A program made the position numbers and the translations under genes. DNA of 64,000 nt from Myxococcota bacterium (GTDB lineage Bacteria > Myxococcota_A > SURF-8). Location of the stretch: positions 3,936,001 to 4,000,000 of the forward strand of contig OZ223209.1 of assembly GCA_965140415.1 (NCBI GenBank), given 5' to 3'. This document shows, in pieces, positions 1 through 9,835 of the stretch; within the stretch, counting starts at the first letter, position 1, and every line of letters starts with the position of its first letter. Under the pieces are notes generated by a model that was not told the origin of the DNA, did not search any database, and saw only the letters and a program-made list of their open reading frames with translations.

Positions 1-420
1 TATGAAGAAGTGGATGATGTTTTTATTGAAACCATTCACATGGTTGGAGCCAATGTCAACTTCGCCTATCGCTGGACGCCGTCGCAATACGCGGTTCCAA
101 GCCTGGGATTCGGCCTGCGCGCCGGGTACGACTTCGGTTCGGGCTTTAAAGACGGCTTCGAAATTTACGGTCGCATTCCGATCGGATTCACCACTTATGT
201 TATCAACCATTTCGGCATTCACTTCGAACTCGGTATCGGTTACGGTATCACCGGCATTATCACAAAGGACATCACGCTTACCGATCTGGTCGCAAACGAA
301 GTATGCAAAGAGGTCAATACCCAAACTCAGGGTCTTGCCGATTGCCAGGAACAAGATAGCGGTTTGAGAATCTCCCATGGATTCCTGATCGATCTCTCGG
401 TTGGCTTCCGCTTCCCCTGA
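1..420 (+). CDS. C-terminal part of a probable outer-membrane beta-barrel protein (5' truncated by window edge)
   Basis: Frame is open from base 1. Alternating hydrophobic/Gly/aromatic strands (GFGLRAGYDF, FGIHFELGIGYG). Ends LSVGFRFP. One Cys pair in a loop. Confidence 0.55.
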   Translation, partial: YEEVDDVFIETIHMVGANVNFAYRWTPSQYAVPSLGFGLRAGYDFGSGFKDGFEIYGRIPIGFTTYVINHFGIHFELGIGYGITGIITKDITLTDLVANEVCKEVNTQTQGLADCQEQDSGLRISHGFLIDLSVGFRFP

Positions 421-543
421 TAGAAGCTCCGATTCAGGCAATGACAACACAAGGTTCGCACCAGCAGTGCGAACGCAGACTGCTGACGCCTACAACCGCC
501 CTGTCAAATACATGCAGGCTGATCACACATAAAGGCCAAGAGA

Positions 544-1140
544 ATGAAAGAGTTCTGGAACGAACGCTATAGCGGGAATGACTATGCCTACGGAGAAAGT
601 CCGAACCGTTTTTTCGAACGGGAACTTCCCCGATTTTCTCCCGGTCATGTGCTTTTACCCGGTGAAGGCGAAGGACGTAACGCCGTCTGGGCCGCTCGAC
701 AGGGCTGGCAGGTATCCGCCCTAGATTACAGCGAAGAAGCCAGAAAGAAAGCGCTGGCTTTAGGCAAAAAGTACAACGTCGCAATTGACTACTCGGTTAC
801 GGATCTACTAACCACCTCCCTGCCTGAGAATCACTACGATCTAATCGTTCTGATTTTCCTGCATCTTCCCAAAACCTTTCGTTCTGCTTTCCACGAGAAA
901 GTGATCCGTGCCCTTAAACCGGGTGGACATTTGCTGGCCGAATTGTTTTCCACGGAGCAATTGAAGTACGGCACCGGCGGCCCTCAGAAAGAGGAAATGC
1001 TGGTAACAATGGATGAATTGCAGCGCGATTTCAGCTCGCTTCAGATTTTGCAGTTGGAGCAAACGGAAACGGAATTGAACGAAGGCGCGTACCATAAGGG
1101 ACAGGCAAACGTGATTCGTTTGATCGCTCAGAAGCCCTAG
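544..1140 (+). CDS. Class I SAM-dependent methyltransferase (TehB-like)
   Basis: FWNERY...YGESPN N-terminus, motif I LLPGEGEGRNA, and ALKPGG. Confidence 0.88.
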   Translation: MKEFWNERYSGNDYAYGESPNRFFERELPRFSPGHVLLPGEGEGRNAVWAARQGWQVSALDYSEEARKKALALGKKYNVAIDYSVTDLLTTSLPENHYDLIVLIFLHLPKTFRSAFHEKVIRALKPGGHLLAELFSTEQLKYGTGGPQKEEMLVTMDELQRDFSSLQILQLEQTETELNEGAYHKGQANVIRLIAQKP

Positions 1141-1199
1141 AAACAATAACCACCGCTTGCAACTCAACCCCTTTGATTCACACAAGATACTGGAATTTC

Positions 1200-1228
1200 T
1201 TGCGTCAAGGCAATGGAATCGCTATGCT
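1200..1228 (+). promoter_or_regulatory. Putative sigma70 promoter
   Basis: TTGCGT-17 nt-TATGCT, about 50 bp upstream of ATG 1278. Confidence 0.45.
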
Positions 1229-1277
1229 TCATTCGATTGTAGTAGCTGATTTCACAACTCTTTCACAGGAAATCGTC

Positions 1278-2636
1278 ATGAATTCTCGAGCCTTCTTCGT
1301 TCTGCTGGTTCTGCTCGCCTTTTCTTTCACGGCCTGCTCGGACGATTCAGAACAATCTCCACCTTCCGACACCGACATGGAGTACGAACTTGATGGAGAC
1401 AGTGAAGCTGAACAAACCACAGATGGTGACAGCATCACCGACGGCGATATGGAAACGGATGTAGAACAAGCACCGGACGGAGACACGATCGTCGATGGCG
1501 ATCTGATCATCGATGGGGATGGCTGCATCGATGGTGACCTGTTCCCCGATGGAGATGCAGAGGGTGATGAAGAAGTACCTGTTGATGGCGACATCGAAGA
1601 AGAAGTGGAAGTAGATGGAGATTCTCCCATTGATGGGGATGTTATTATCGACGGCGACACAATCGTGGATGGCGACAGTGTTATTGATGGTGACCTCCCT
1701 GTAGACGGAGACAGCGTTATTGATGGCGACACGACCCTGGATGGCGACATTCCCGTAGATGGAGATCAGGGCATCGATGGCGATATCGATGGTGACATTG
1801 ATGAAGACATAGAAGAAGAAGTCCTGAGTTGCGATCTGGTTGAGGGATTGAACAGCGACTTTATTGTCGATGGAGAAGCACGTAGTTTTTATTTGGCGCT
1901 ACCCGAAGGCGAAGGACCGCATCCGGTGATCTTCAACTGGCATGGCTACACCGACACCGCCGCCAACATGCACGTGTTTTTAAGCCCGTACATCAACAGC
2001 GAAACCTATTCCTTCATTCTCGTCACTCCCGAAGATACCAGCATGGAGCCTTTGAGCGGTCTGGATTGGGAGATTTTAACGACGACCACCGCCAATAAAG
2101 AAGCGGCGCTGTTCGATGCCATTATGGAATGCCTGGACAGTGAGTATCTGGTGGATTGGGACCGGTTGCATTCCGTGGGAGTTTCGGCTGGCGGCATCAT
2201 GACCGATCTGCTGGGCACTTTGCGGGGCGATGTTCTGGCTTCGGTCATTTCCTTTTCCGGCGGTTATCTTGGAAATCCCGCCAACGCCAATCAAACAATG
2301 AATATGGTCGCCTGGCCCGACTTTACCGGCAGTCATCCCTACGCCCAGCTTTTCACGCATGGCGGAGTGACAGATACCTTCGATTTGTCCGTAGTCACGA
2401 TCCACTTCGACCAGATGGCCGAAAACGACGTCATCTATCTCAACGATCGCGGCCACGATGCCATTATTTGCGACCATGGAATTGGCCACGATGTACCGGA
2501 AGCGCTGCGCGGCACCACCGTTCTGGAATTTTTGCGCGACCATCCCTACAACGTTACCGATAGTCCTTATGTCGAGGGACTCCCGGAGAGCTTCCCGGAC
2601 TACTGTGAATTCAGCGAAAAAACTACCGAACGTTGA
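1278..2636 (+). CDS. Lipoprotein: DGD-repeat linker plus C-terminal alpha/beta hydrolase (PHB-depolymerase/LpqC-like esterase)
   Basis: ATG 1278 after AGGA. Lipobox FSFTA-C. Acidic DGD repeats. Hydrolase motifs IFNWHG, GVSAGG (GxSxG), HGGVTD and GHDVP. Confidence 0.8.
   Translation: MNSRAFFVLLVLLAFSFTACSDDSEQSPPSDTDMEYELDGDSEAEQTTDGDSITDGDMETDVEQAPDGDTIVDGDLIIDGDGCIDGDLFPDGDAEGDEEVPVDGDIEEEVEVDGDSPIDGDVIIDGDTIVDGDSVIDGDLPVDGDSVIDGDTTLDGDIPVDGDQGIDGDIDGDIDEDIEEEVLSCDLVEGLNSDFIVDGEARSFYLALPEGEGPHPVIFNWHGYTDTAANMHVFLSPYINSETYSFILVTPEDTSMEPLSGLDWEILTTTTANKEAALFDAIMECLDSEYLVDWDRLHSVGVSAGGIMTDLLGTLRGDVLASVISFSGGYLGNPANANQTMNMVAWPDFTGSHPYAQLFTHGGVTDTFDLSVVTIHFDQMAENDVIYLNDRGHDAIICDHGIGHDVPEALRGTTVLEFLRDHPYNVTDSPYVEGLPESFPDYCEFSEKTTER
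1392..1796 (+). repeat. Coding DGD repeat array, mostly 6-aa period with acidic interruptions
   Basis: DGDTIV DGDLII DGDGCI DGDLFP ... DGDSVI DGDTTL DGDIPV. Confidence 0.9.
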
Positions 2637-2758
2637 GTCGTCTACTAACGAAATAATGCTGCACCAGCCGACTCATTCTCAGGGTCGGATAACGACTTGG
2701 CATTGCATGCAATTCGCCGATGTGCTTGTAAATCTTTGTGCATTGCGTTATGAAATCC

Positions 2759-2787
2759 TTGACGCATCTCCCTGCAAACGCTAGACT
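2759..2787 (+). promoter_or_regulatory. Putative sigma70 promoter
   Basis: TTGACG-17 nt-TAGACT upstream of ATG 2835. Confidence 0.6.
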
Positions 2788-2834
2788 ATTTCAATTGAAA
2801 GCGTACCGCCACGCCCATTCAACATGGAGATATC

Positions 2835-4136
2835 ATGAAAAAGTCCAATTTGCTGTGTCTGTTGGTTTTCGCCCTGATGTTGTTCTTGATTCCCGCCTGC
2901 GGTGGAGATGACGGAGATAATGGCAATGACCCCGATGGAGATAGCACCTCCGATGGCGATTCCGTACCGGAATGCACCTGCACCAGCGACAACGATTGCC
3001 CGACCGGGTATTACTGCAAATTCTATACGGATTACCCGAATTGTGGTGAAAGCTGTATGCCTCGTTTCGTCGATGGCGACACCACGACAGATGGAGATTC
3101 TCCGCTGCCGGATGGCGACAACACAGTCGATGGCGACAACGCAGTCGACGGTGACAACGCAGTCGATGGCGACAACTCGACCGATGGCGACGTAATCGTC
3201 GATGGTGACGATCCAGTAGTTGATGGCGATGATCCGGTTATCGATGGCGATGATCCGATCATCGATGGTGATGACCCCGTTGTCGACGGTGATGACCCCG
3301 TTGTTGATGGTGACAACCCCGATAGCTGTAACCTCATCAGCGGAACCAATTCGAATTTCATGGTCAACGGTATGAGCCGCACCTTCATTCTTACCGTTCC
3401 CAATGGCGCCGGTCCGCATCCGGTCGTCTTTAACTGGCATGGTTTCGGCGATACCGCAGCAAACATGAACGCATTAATGAGCGGCTACGTCAATAGCCCC
3501 ATTTTCTCTTTTATCCTTGTCACACCCGACGACACCAACATGCAACCACTGAGCGGTATGGACTGGGAGATCCTGACCACCAACGAAAACAACAGGGAAA
3601 TCGCTTTATTCGATGCTGTCATGGATTGCCTGGACGCTCAGTTCGACATCGATTGGAACCACATCCATTCCATCGGTTTTTCCGCAGGTGGCATCATGAC
3701 GGACTTATTGGGCACCATGCGCGGCGATTTGCTGGCCAGCACGGTCTCGTTTTCCGGCGGTTACTTTTCCAATCCGGCAAACTCCAGCCAAACCATGAAC
3801 ATGGTCACCTGGCCTAACTTCGCCGGAACACACAGCTATCCGCAACTCTTCGCACATGGTGGCACAACCGACAGCTATAGCCTGATGATCACGACCATTC
3901 ACTTCGATCAAATGGCCGCCAACGACACGACTTTCCTGAATCAGCGCGGGCACGACGCCATTTTGTGCAATCACAACAGCGGTCATTCCGTGCCGATGGG
4001 AGTGCGCGGTCAGGCCATTCTGGAGTTCTTCCGCGATCATCCGTACACCGTGACCGATTCACCTTACGCAAGCAGCGGATTGCCGGAATCGTTCCCGGAT
4101 TATTGCAGTTTCAGCGGCAAGAGCAGCCGTCGCTGA
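2835..4136 (+). CDS. Lipoprotein: Cys-rich module, DGD-repeat linker and alpha/beta hydrolase (paralog of 1278..2636)
   Basis: GGAG RBS. Lipobox LIPA-C. VFNWHG, GFSAGG and GHSVP motifs. C-terminal domain is colinear with the upstream paralog. Confidence 0.85.
   Translation: MKKSNLLCLLVFALMLFLIPACGGDDGDNGNDPDGDSTSDGDSVPECTCTSDNDCPTGYYCKFYTDYPNCGESCMPRFVDGDTTTDGDSPLPDGDNTVDGDNAVDGDNAVDGDNSTDGDVIVDGDDPVVDGDDPVIDGDDPIIDGDDPVVDGDDPVVDGDNPDSCNLISGTNSNFMVNGMSRTFILTVPNGAGPHPVVFNWHGFGDTAANMNALMSGYVNSPIFSFILVTPDDTNMQPLSGMDWEILTTNENNREIALFDAVMDCLDAQFDIDWNHIHSIGFSAGGIMTDLLGTMRGDLLASTVSFSGGYFSNPANSSQTMNMVTWPNFAGTHSYPQLFAHGGTTDSYSLMITTIHFDQMAANDTTFLNQRGHDAILCNHNSGHSVPMGVRGQAILEFFRDHPYTVTDSPYASSGLPESFPDYCSFSGKSSRR
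3072..3314 (+). repeat. Coding DGD repeat array (6-aa units then 7-aa DGDDPVV units)
   Basis: DGDNTV DGDNAV DGDNAV ... followed by DGDDP[VI][VI] x5. Confidence 0.9.
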
Positions 4137-4165
4137 CGGGATACAATCCACATTGATTTCTTCTG

Positions 4166-4192
4166 GGAGGCGGCCTTTAAGGCCGCTTTCTT
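4166..4192 (+). terminator. Probable intrinsic terminator
   Basis: GCGGCCT-TTA-AGGCCGC stem followed by TTTCTT, 30 bp after the stop at 4136. Confidence 0.6.
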
Positions 4193-4283
4193 ATTGCGTT
4201 TTCACCTGAATATCTGATAATCTGCCGACGTAATGGTTTGCATACAGCAATTAAACCGACATTCAGTATCTGGAGGTGTTCCG

Positions 4284-4904
4284 ATGAAACGAACGAAACT
4301 TTTTTCCTTTATGATTATGGCACTGTTGACTCTGGCTCTGTGCGGCCTGTTTACAGCCTGTGGCGGCGATGACGACACCACGATCGACGGCGACACCGCC
4401 GATGGCGACACAGCGGATGGCGACACCACAGACGGCGATACCGTAGACGGCGACACCGTTGACGGCGATACGACCGATGGCGACACGGCAGATGGAGACA
4501 CCGTTGATGGCGACACGACGGACGGCGACGCCGACGTGCATCCGATTTACGGTCAGTGGAGCTTCGGTGTGGAAGATCAGGGAACCACGCTATATATCTT
4601 TACCGAGTTTCTACAGGACGGCACCTATCGCAGTTGCGGCGGCGCTGCCGATTCGACCGTAGCCTGCTTTGAAGGCGCGACAGCCGATCTGCTGGTAGAC
4701 GGAACCATGACCCTGGTTTCCGATACGGAAATTCAACTAAAGGACGAAGGCGGCCAGTATCCCTGCCCCAGCGATCAGCTTGGCAATTACAGCATCGCCT
4801 TTTCCGATGACGACAATACCGTGACCTTGACGCTGATCACCGATGACTGCACCAACCGTTCCAGCAGCACGGATGGCCGCGTCTTCACGCGCGCAGTGGA
4901 ATAA
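4284..4904 (+). CDS. Lipoprotein with DGDT[AVT] repeats and a C-terminal lipocalin-like beta domain
   Basis: GGAGG RBS before ATG 4284. Lipobox LFTA-C. HPIYGQW motif typical of lipocalin-like starts. Four Cys in the domain. Confidence 0.7.
   Translation: MKRTKLFSFMIMALLTLALCGLFTACGGDDDTTIDGDTADGDTADGDTTDGDTVDGDTVDGDTTDGDTADGDTVDGDTTDGDADVHPIYGQWSFGVEDQGTTLYIFTEFLQDGTYRSCGGAADSTVACFEGATADLLVDGTMTLVSDTEIQLKDEGGQYPCPSDQLGNYSIAFSDDDNTVTLTLITDDCTNRSSSTDGRVFTRAVE
4386..4535 (+). repeat. 10 x 15-bp coding repeat (DGDTx)
   Basis: DGDTA DGDTA DGDTT DGDTV DGDTV DGDTT DGDTA DGDTV DGDTT DGDAD. Confidence 0.92.
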
Positions 4905-4942
4905 ATCGGCAACAATCGCGGTACACAGCAAGGGAAGACAAA

Positions 4943-6118
4943 ATGCAGGCGGTAGAACTTGTGAATGGCGTTCACTGGGTGGGAGCGATCGACTGGAATC
5001 GCTCTATTTTCGATGAATTGATGCCGCTGCCCGATGGCACCAGCTACAATGCCTATCTGGTTCAGGGCAGTGAAAAAACGGCGCTGATCGAGACTGTCGA
5101 GGAGGATTTCTCGCACGAACTGTTCGGGCGCTTGGAATCGCTTGGAGTTTCACGCATCGATTACATCATCGCCAATCACGCCGAGCAGGACCACTCCGGT
5201 TCGCTGCCTCTTGTGATGCAACGCTACCCCGAAGCGCAACTAATCACGTCGAAAAAGGGCGTGGCAGCGTTGTCTGACCTGCTGCAACTCGACGCATCGC
5301 GCATGCAGGCGGTTGCCGATGGCGACACCCTGGATCTGGGCGGTCGCACTCTGGAATTCATCGATTTCCCCTGGGTACATTGGCCGGAAACCATGCTGAC
5401 TTTCTTAAAAGAAGACCGGGTGCTGTTCCCCTGCGACCTGTTCGGTTCTCATTTCGCGACAGCGGAAATGAAACAGGAACTGAACGGGCGTTTGTATAAC
5501 GCCTTGAAACTGTACTACGCCCAGATCATGATGCCTTTCCGCAAGGTCATCGAAAAGAATCTGGTTAAAGTAACCGAGCGCAAGCCGGTGATGATCGCCC
5601 CCAGCCACGGTCCGGTCCATACCAACCCGGACTCCATTATTTCGCTATATCAGCAGTGGGTCGGCGATCAGGTTCAGAATCGCGTGGTGCTGCCTTACGT
5701 CAGCATGCATGGCTCGACCAGCCACCTGGTAAATGCCCTGATCGAAGCGCTGATGGCGCGCGAGATTCCGGTGGAACCATTCAACCTGACTCATGCCGAT
5801 ACCGGCAAACTGGCGGCAGCGCTGGTTGATGCCGCCACCATCGTCATCGGCTCACCCACCGTATTGGGCGGACCGCATCCCATGGTTTCCTATGCCTGCA
5901 TTCTGGCCAACCTGCTCAAACCCAAAACACGCTTTGCCGGAATCATTGGCAGCTATGGCTGGGCCGGACATCTGGTTAAAGACATCCAAGCTCTGATTCC
6001 CAAACTGAAGGTCGAATTGTTCGAACCGGTATTGTGCAAGGGCCTGCCAAACGATGACGCCTACACGGCCATCGAACAACTGGCCGACACCATTGCAGAA
6101 AAGCATCGAAGCCTATAA
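4943..6118 (+). CDS. fprA: Flavodiiron protein (FprA family; O2/NO reductase)
   Basis: GTSYNAYL, NHAEQDHSG, VHWPET, CDLFG and PSHG diiron motifs. Flavodoxin domain SMHGST, GSYGW. Confidence 0.93.
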   Translation: MQAVELVNGVHWVGAIDWNRSIFDELMPLPDGTSYNAYLVQGSEKTALIETVEEDFSHELFGRLESLGVSRIDYIIANHAEQDHSGSLPLVMQRYPEAQLITSKKGVAALSDLLQLDASRMQAVADGDTLDLGGRTLEFIDFPWVHWPETMLTFLKEDRVLFPCDLFGSHFATAEMKQELNGRLYNALKLYYAQIMMPFRKVIEKNLVKVTERKPVMIAPSHGPVHTNPDSIISLYQQWVGDQVQNRVVLPYVSMHGSTSHLVNALIEALMAREIPVEPFNLTHADTGKLAAALVDAATIVIGSPTVLGGPHPMVSYACILANLLKPKTRFAGIIGSYGWAGHLVKDIQALIPKLKVELFEPVLCKGLPNDDAYTAIEQLADTIAEKHRSL

Positions 6119-6152
6119 ATCGGTGCACGCTTCCAAACCAAGGAGCCACCCG

Positions 6153-6422
6153 ATGAGCACACACACCCGACCTGCAAGATTCGTTTTCGTGATCGTGATG
6201 CTGCTACTGTGTGTGCTTCTGCTTCTTCCAATGGCTTCCTGCAAGAAAAAGCAAGCCGCCTCTTCTGCGGCGAAACCCCAGGTTCAACAGCATAAACCGG
6301 AACCCATCTTGGATTTCAACAGCAAGAAATCGGCGATTCAAAAGTCCAAAGAAGTATCGGATACGATCGAGAAGTCCTTCCAGCAACAGGACCAGGCCCT
6401 GCAACGAGCCATTGGAGACTGA
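6153..6422 (+). CDS. Small putative lipoprotein
   Basis: AGGAG RBS before ATG 6153. Hydrophobic stretch, PMAS-C-KKK, then helical C-terminus. Confidence 0.6.
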   Translation: MSTHTRPARFVFVIVMLLLCVLLLLPMASCKKKQAASSAAKPQVQQHKPEPILDFNSKKSAIQKSKEVSDTIEKSFQQQDQALQRAIGD

Positions 6423-6437
6423 AAGCGCTTAGGCAGG

Positions 6438-7103
6438 CTACGCTTCCGGCGCCGTTAGATTTTCTGAAAGAGCGCCACACACGGCGGCTGTCGTCCAGTC
6501 ATGATTCAATTCGAACAAACTCGTTAGAAAATCGGCATGGCTGCGCCCATTTCGATAGTCCGGTTCACGGGGCGGATGCGGCAGATAGCGCTCGATGGAA
6601 GAAAGGTCAGGCTGCACCAACAGACACGCGGAAAAATAGGCAGCGTCACGCAAGATACGCAAACTACTGCCGGCAAATTTGCGATCTTTGCTTGTCAGAT
6701 CGGAAATCCCTTGAACGGAAATCCCTTCAATTCCGATTTCACATAAACCACCAAGCAGCCAGGCGGAAAACCGGTCGAGCAAGCGACGTACATCCCCCCT
6801 CTTCTCAAGCGGCACAACCGCCGATACAATCACGTTTCCCGGATCGAGCACGACGGCACAGCCACCTCCGTCCCGACGCAAAAATGAAACACCATCGTGT
6901 TGTATGGAGTCTAAAAAGACTTCCTGCTGCACCTGGCTGCCTCGTCCCAATACGACCATGGTTCGCTCAGGACAAGAAACACCTAGCTGCGCCTTACGCG
7001 TTGCACGAAAAAGCTCGATCAGTTCATCATCGTAGTCGTAGCGGGAGATCGAAAGCAGGCGATCTTCACCTTCGACAGTTCCCGGCTTGCTTTCCTCGCT
7101 CAA
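6438..7103 (-). CDS. Lipoate-protein ligase A family protein (catalytic domain only)
   Basis: VVLGR, RRDGGGCAVVLDPGN, SDL..DRKFAGSS, PPREPDYR. TTG start overlaps the upstream TGA. Confidence 0.85.
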   Translation of the reverse strand: MSEESKPGTVEGEDRLLSISRYDYDDELIELFRATRKAQLGVSCPERTMVVLGRGSQVQQEVFLDSIQHDGVSFLRRDGGGCAVVLDPGNVIVSAVVPLEKRGDVRRLLDRFSAWLLGGLCEIGIEGISVQGISDLTSKDRKFAGSSLRILRDAAYFSACLLVQPDLSSIERYLPHPPREPDYRNGRSHADFLTSLFELNHDWTTAAVCGALSENLTAPEA

Positions 7104-7822
7104 TGCCCCACCAGCTTGCGGTAAAGCTTTGGCGGCAACAGGCGTAAAATCACCATACCCAGCCACATTGGAAGGGGGAAATTGATATTCAACTTGCCGC
7201 GCTCTGCACCATCCAGAATGCAACGCGCCGCTTTTTCCGCCGTGTAGAGGAAAGGCATCGGGTGCTTGTTACCCTGGGTCATGGGCGTATCGATGAATCC
7301 CGGATGTACGGTAAGAAACTGCAAGCCCGCTCTGCCATAGGTCAAGCGCATCGCTTCGAAAGCGCTGCTGATGGCTGCTTTACTTGAACCATACGCGGCA
7401 GAATCCGGTAGACCGCGATAGGCCGCCAGACTGGAGGTCGCGACAAAGGTTCCGCTGCCACGTTCTTTCATGCGCTCAAATAGCGCAGCTACGAAATGCA
7501 GCACACCGAAATAGTTGATGGCAAAGGTACGTTCGTGCAGCTCGATATCGAAGGCCTTATGGCTGTCCATCAGTCCGTATCCCGCATTCAGAAAAACGAC
7601 ATCAGGCAGTTCATTCAGACCGTCGCAGATTTCCTTCACGCGCGCCTTGTCGGTGACATCGCAGGCAATCGGCACCAGCATCTCCCCCAAGTCTTCGCGC
7701 AGGATCTCTAGCCGGTCGATGCGCCTTGCCAGCGCAAATACACGATGTCCACGCTTGACGGCCAAACGCGCCATCTGCTCGCCGATTCCAGAACTCGCTC
7801 CAGTAATCAGGTAAACCGCCAC
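7100..7822 (-). CDS. Short-chain dehydrogenase/reductase
   Basis: TGASSGIG, LNAG, YGSSK (YxxxK), HPGFIDTPM. GTG start after GGAGGAG. Confidence 0.92.
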   Translation of the reverse strand: MAVYLITGASSGIGEQMARLAVKRGHRVFALARRIDRLEILREDLGEMLVPIACDVTDKARVKEICDGLNELPDVVFLNAGYGLMDSHKAFDIELHERTFAINYFGVLHFVAALFERMKERGSGTFVATSSLAAYRGLPDSAAYGSSKAAISSAFEAMRLTYGRAGLQFLTVHPGFIDTPMTQGNKHPMPFLYTAEKAARCILDGAERGKLNINFPLPMWLGMVILRLLPPKLYRKLVGH

Positions 7823-7873
7823 GACTCCTCCTTTCACGGCACGTCAACCACCCGCGCCGTTGCTCGATATCTT

Positions 7874-8188
7874 CTAGACCGATTCAGGATCGATTACAAA
7901 AGTTCCCGATTCCCGCTCGGTCACACGCACCCATAAAGATTTCCGCCCATCCAGTTCCGGTCGTTCACCCCGCAAGCGATTGAAATCGGTCGCATCTACG
8001 AATCGTTGCAGCAATTCGTATTCCGCTTCCTCCGACTCCGTTAAGCCATCCTCGCCTTGCAAGGCTTGGGTCGTCAGTTCTCGAATTCTCATGCGCGCAC
8101 TGGTTTCAACGCAATGCTCGTCCAAATGCAGGCGAACGGCAAACACAGTGTCCTTCATCGGGTACCTCTCCTGCATGTAACGTGTCAT
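7874..8188 (-). CDS. Hypothetical protein
   Basis: ATGA overlap with the mutM stop. Plausible composition (HCVET, TDFNRLR...PELDG). Confidence 0.65.
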   Translation of the reverse strand: MTRYMQERYPMKDTVFAVRLHLDEHCVETSARMRIRELTTQALQGEDGLTESEEAEYELLQRFVDATDFNRLRGERPELDGRKSLWVRVTERESGTFVIDPESV

Positions 8189-8988
8189 TTCTCCAACGGC
8201 TGACAACGAGAGCAGACGTGCGTTCCTCGTTGCATAACGACCAGGCGTTCAATCGGCTGCTTGCAAACCGGGCAGGGTTCTCCTTCCCTGCCATACACAC
8301 GCAGAAAGTCCTGCATCTTGCCGCCGGGATAAATCCAGTCCAAGCTGGTTCCATTGTGGCGGATGCCCTCGCGCAAGACGCTGCGAATCGACCGCACCAG
8401 CCGCGCCGTTTCCTCTGCCGTCAAGGATATCGCCAACCGTTCCGGGTGCAAGCCCGCGCGAAAGAGGGACTCATCGGTGTAGATATTTCCCAAACCGGCA
8501 ATCAGCGATTGATCCAGAAGCAAAGGCTTCAACTTGCGACGTCGTCCGGCAAACAGAGCGAGCAGTCTTTTGGCCGTAAACTGCGGTGACAAGGGCTCCA
8601 AACCCAACGTCGCCTCATAACGCTCCGGTTCCGTCTCGTAACGGATACGCCCGAATTTACGAGCATCGATAAAGTGAAGTATTCTGCCGTTATCCAGTTT
8701 CCACACAGCACGAACGTGACTGCGTTCCTTCTCCGGCGGCTCCCAACTTAACCGTCCGCTCATACGCAAATGAATGAACAGGGCCGCGCCGCCTTCCATG
8801 CTGAACTTCAACTGTTTCCCCCGTCTGCCTAACGCCAGGAAACGAGCGCCTTTTAGCAGCCGTTGCAGGCTGGTATAAGCCGGTTGACATTGTTTAGGCC
8901 AGTACGATTGAAACGATACAACACGCCGCCCTTTGACATCGGGATGAAATTGATTGGCGATGGTCTGCACTTCGGGCAATTCCGGCAT
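8185..8988 (-). CDS. mutM: Formamidopyrimidine-DNA glycosylase (Fpg)
   Basis: MPELPEV, HLRMSG, DARKFG, AGLGNIYTDE, and C-terminal zinc finger CPVC...CSRCQ. Confidence 0.97.
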   Translation of the reverse strand: MPELPEVQTIANQFHPDVKGRRVVSFQSYWPKQCQPAYTSLQRLLKGARFLALGRRGKQLKFSMEGGAALFIHLRMSGRLSWEPPEKERSHVRAVWKLDNGRILHFIDARKFGRIRYETEPERYEATLGLEPLSPQFTAKRLLALFAGRRRKLKPLLLDQSLIAGLGNIYTDESLFRAGLHPERLAISLTAEETARLVRSIRSVLREGIRHNGTSLDWIYPGGKMQDFLRVYGREGEPCPVCKQPIERLVVMQRGTHVCSRCQPLEK

Positions 8989-9041
8989 CGTCGTCCTTCC
9001 GAAATTACGGACGGGGGTAAAAATCGCTTACGGAAATTCCT

Positions 9042-9701
9042 CTAGCGGATCAACTTGTTGCAATAATCCTGGAAAACCGCTTTGCCATCGTCGAAATATT
9101 TCGTAATTTCCACACCAACACCGGCATTCATTCCCAATCGTTCCGCAACTTGCTGATTTGCCACGAACACGACCTTGCCCTCGACCCGAATCGTGCGGTT
9201 GATATCGGCCAACTCGATTTCCACGTCGATAAGCGATTTCATCTCCAACGGCTCTTCGGTCTGGATATACAAACCGCCGATACTGATGTTGAGCGTGTAA
9301 GCATCCATGAATTCTTGCGGCCCATTGAAGCGAACGCGGAAAACCTTTTCGAAACGGGGCTCTTTACGCAACTCTTTAAAGGAGCCTTGAAGTTTCTCAA
9401 GTAGCTGTTGGTATTCGGCGTTGTAGTCGGTAAACATGATGCCCATGTCGAAACTGGCATCGAAACCGGTAGGACATTCAGGGCGATAACTCCAGCGTAC
9501 CTGACCTTCCGTTCGAATATCCGTTGGCTCCGAACGAATCACCAGATTCAAATACGTTCCCGGCTTGTAGACCGTACGACTATTGATGGCAACCCCGCCT
9601 ACCGACAGGTTGCGAATAAAGCCAACATAGGGCGTTCCTTCCGGTCCGAAAAACACCTGTATGCGATTTGGAACCCGTTGTTGTGAACGTTTTTCATGCA
9701 T
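9042..9701 (-). CDS. Tandem PilZ-domain protein
   Basis: RSQQR + NLSVGG and RKEPR + NISIGG motifs, GVGVE ending. GGAGG RBS. Confidence 0.85.
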   Translation of the reverse strand: MHEKRSQQRVPNRIQVFFGPEGTPYVGFIRNLSVGGVAINSRTVYKPGTYLNLVIRSEPTDIRTEGQVRWSYRPECPTGFDASFDMGIMFTDYNAEYQQLLEKLQGSFKELRKEPRFEKVFRVRFNGPQEFMDAYTLNISIGGLYIQTEEPLEMKSLIDVEIELADINRTIRVEGKVVFVANQQVAERLGMNAGVGVEITKYFDDGKAVFQDYCNKLIR

Positions 9702-9778
9702 GCCGACCTCCCCGATCAATACGCTCTTGAACTTGCAAACTCTGTATGCAATACCCCATTGAGATCTGAAACTACCGT

Positions 9779-9807
9779 AGCTTATCCCGGTAGCAGGAAG
9801 CTGTCAA
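9779..9807 (-). promoter_or_regulatory. Putative sigma70 promoter for PilZ gene and possibly the mutM block
   Basis: Minus strand TTGACA-17 nt-TAAGCT. Confidence 0.6.
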
Positions 9808-9835
9808 CTTCCCGGCGTGTCAATCCGTACTTGCC

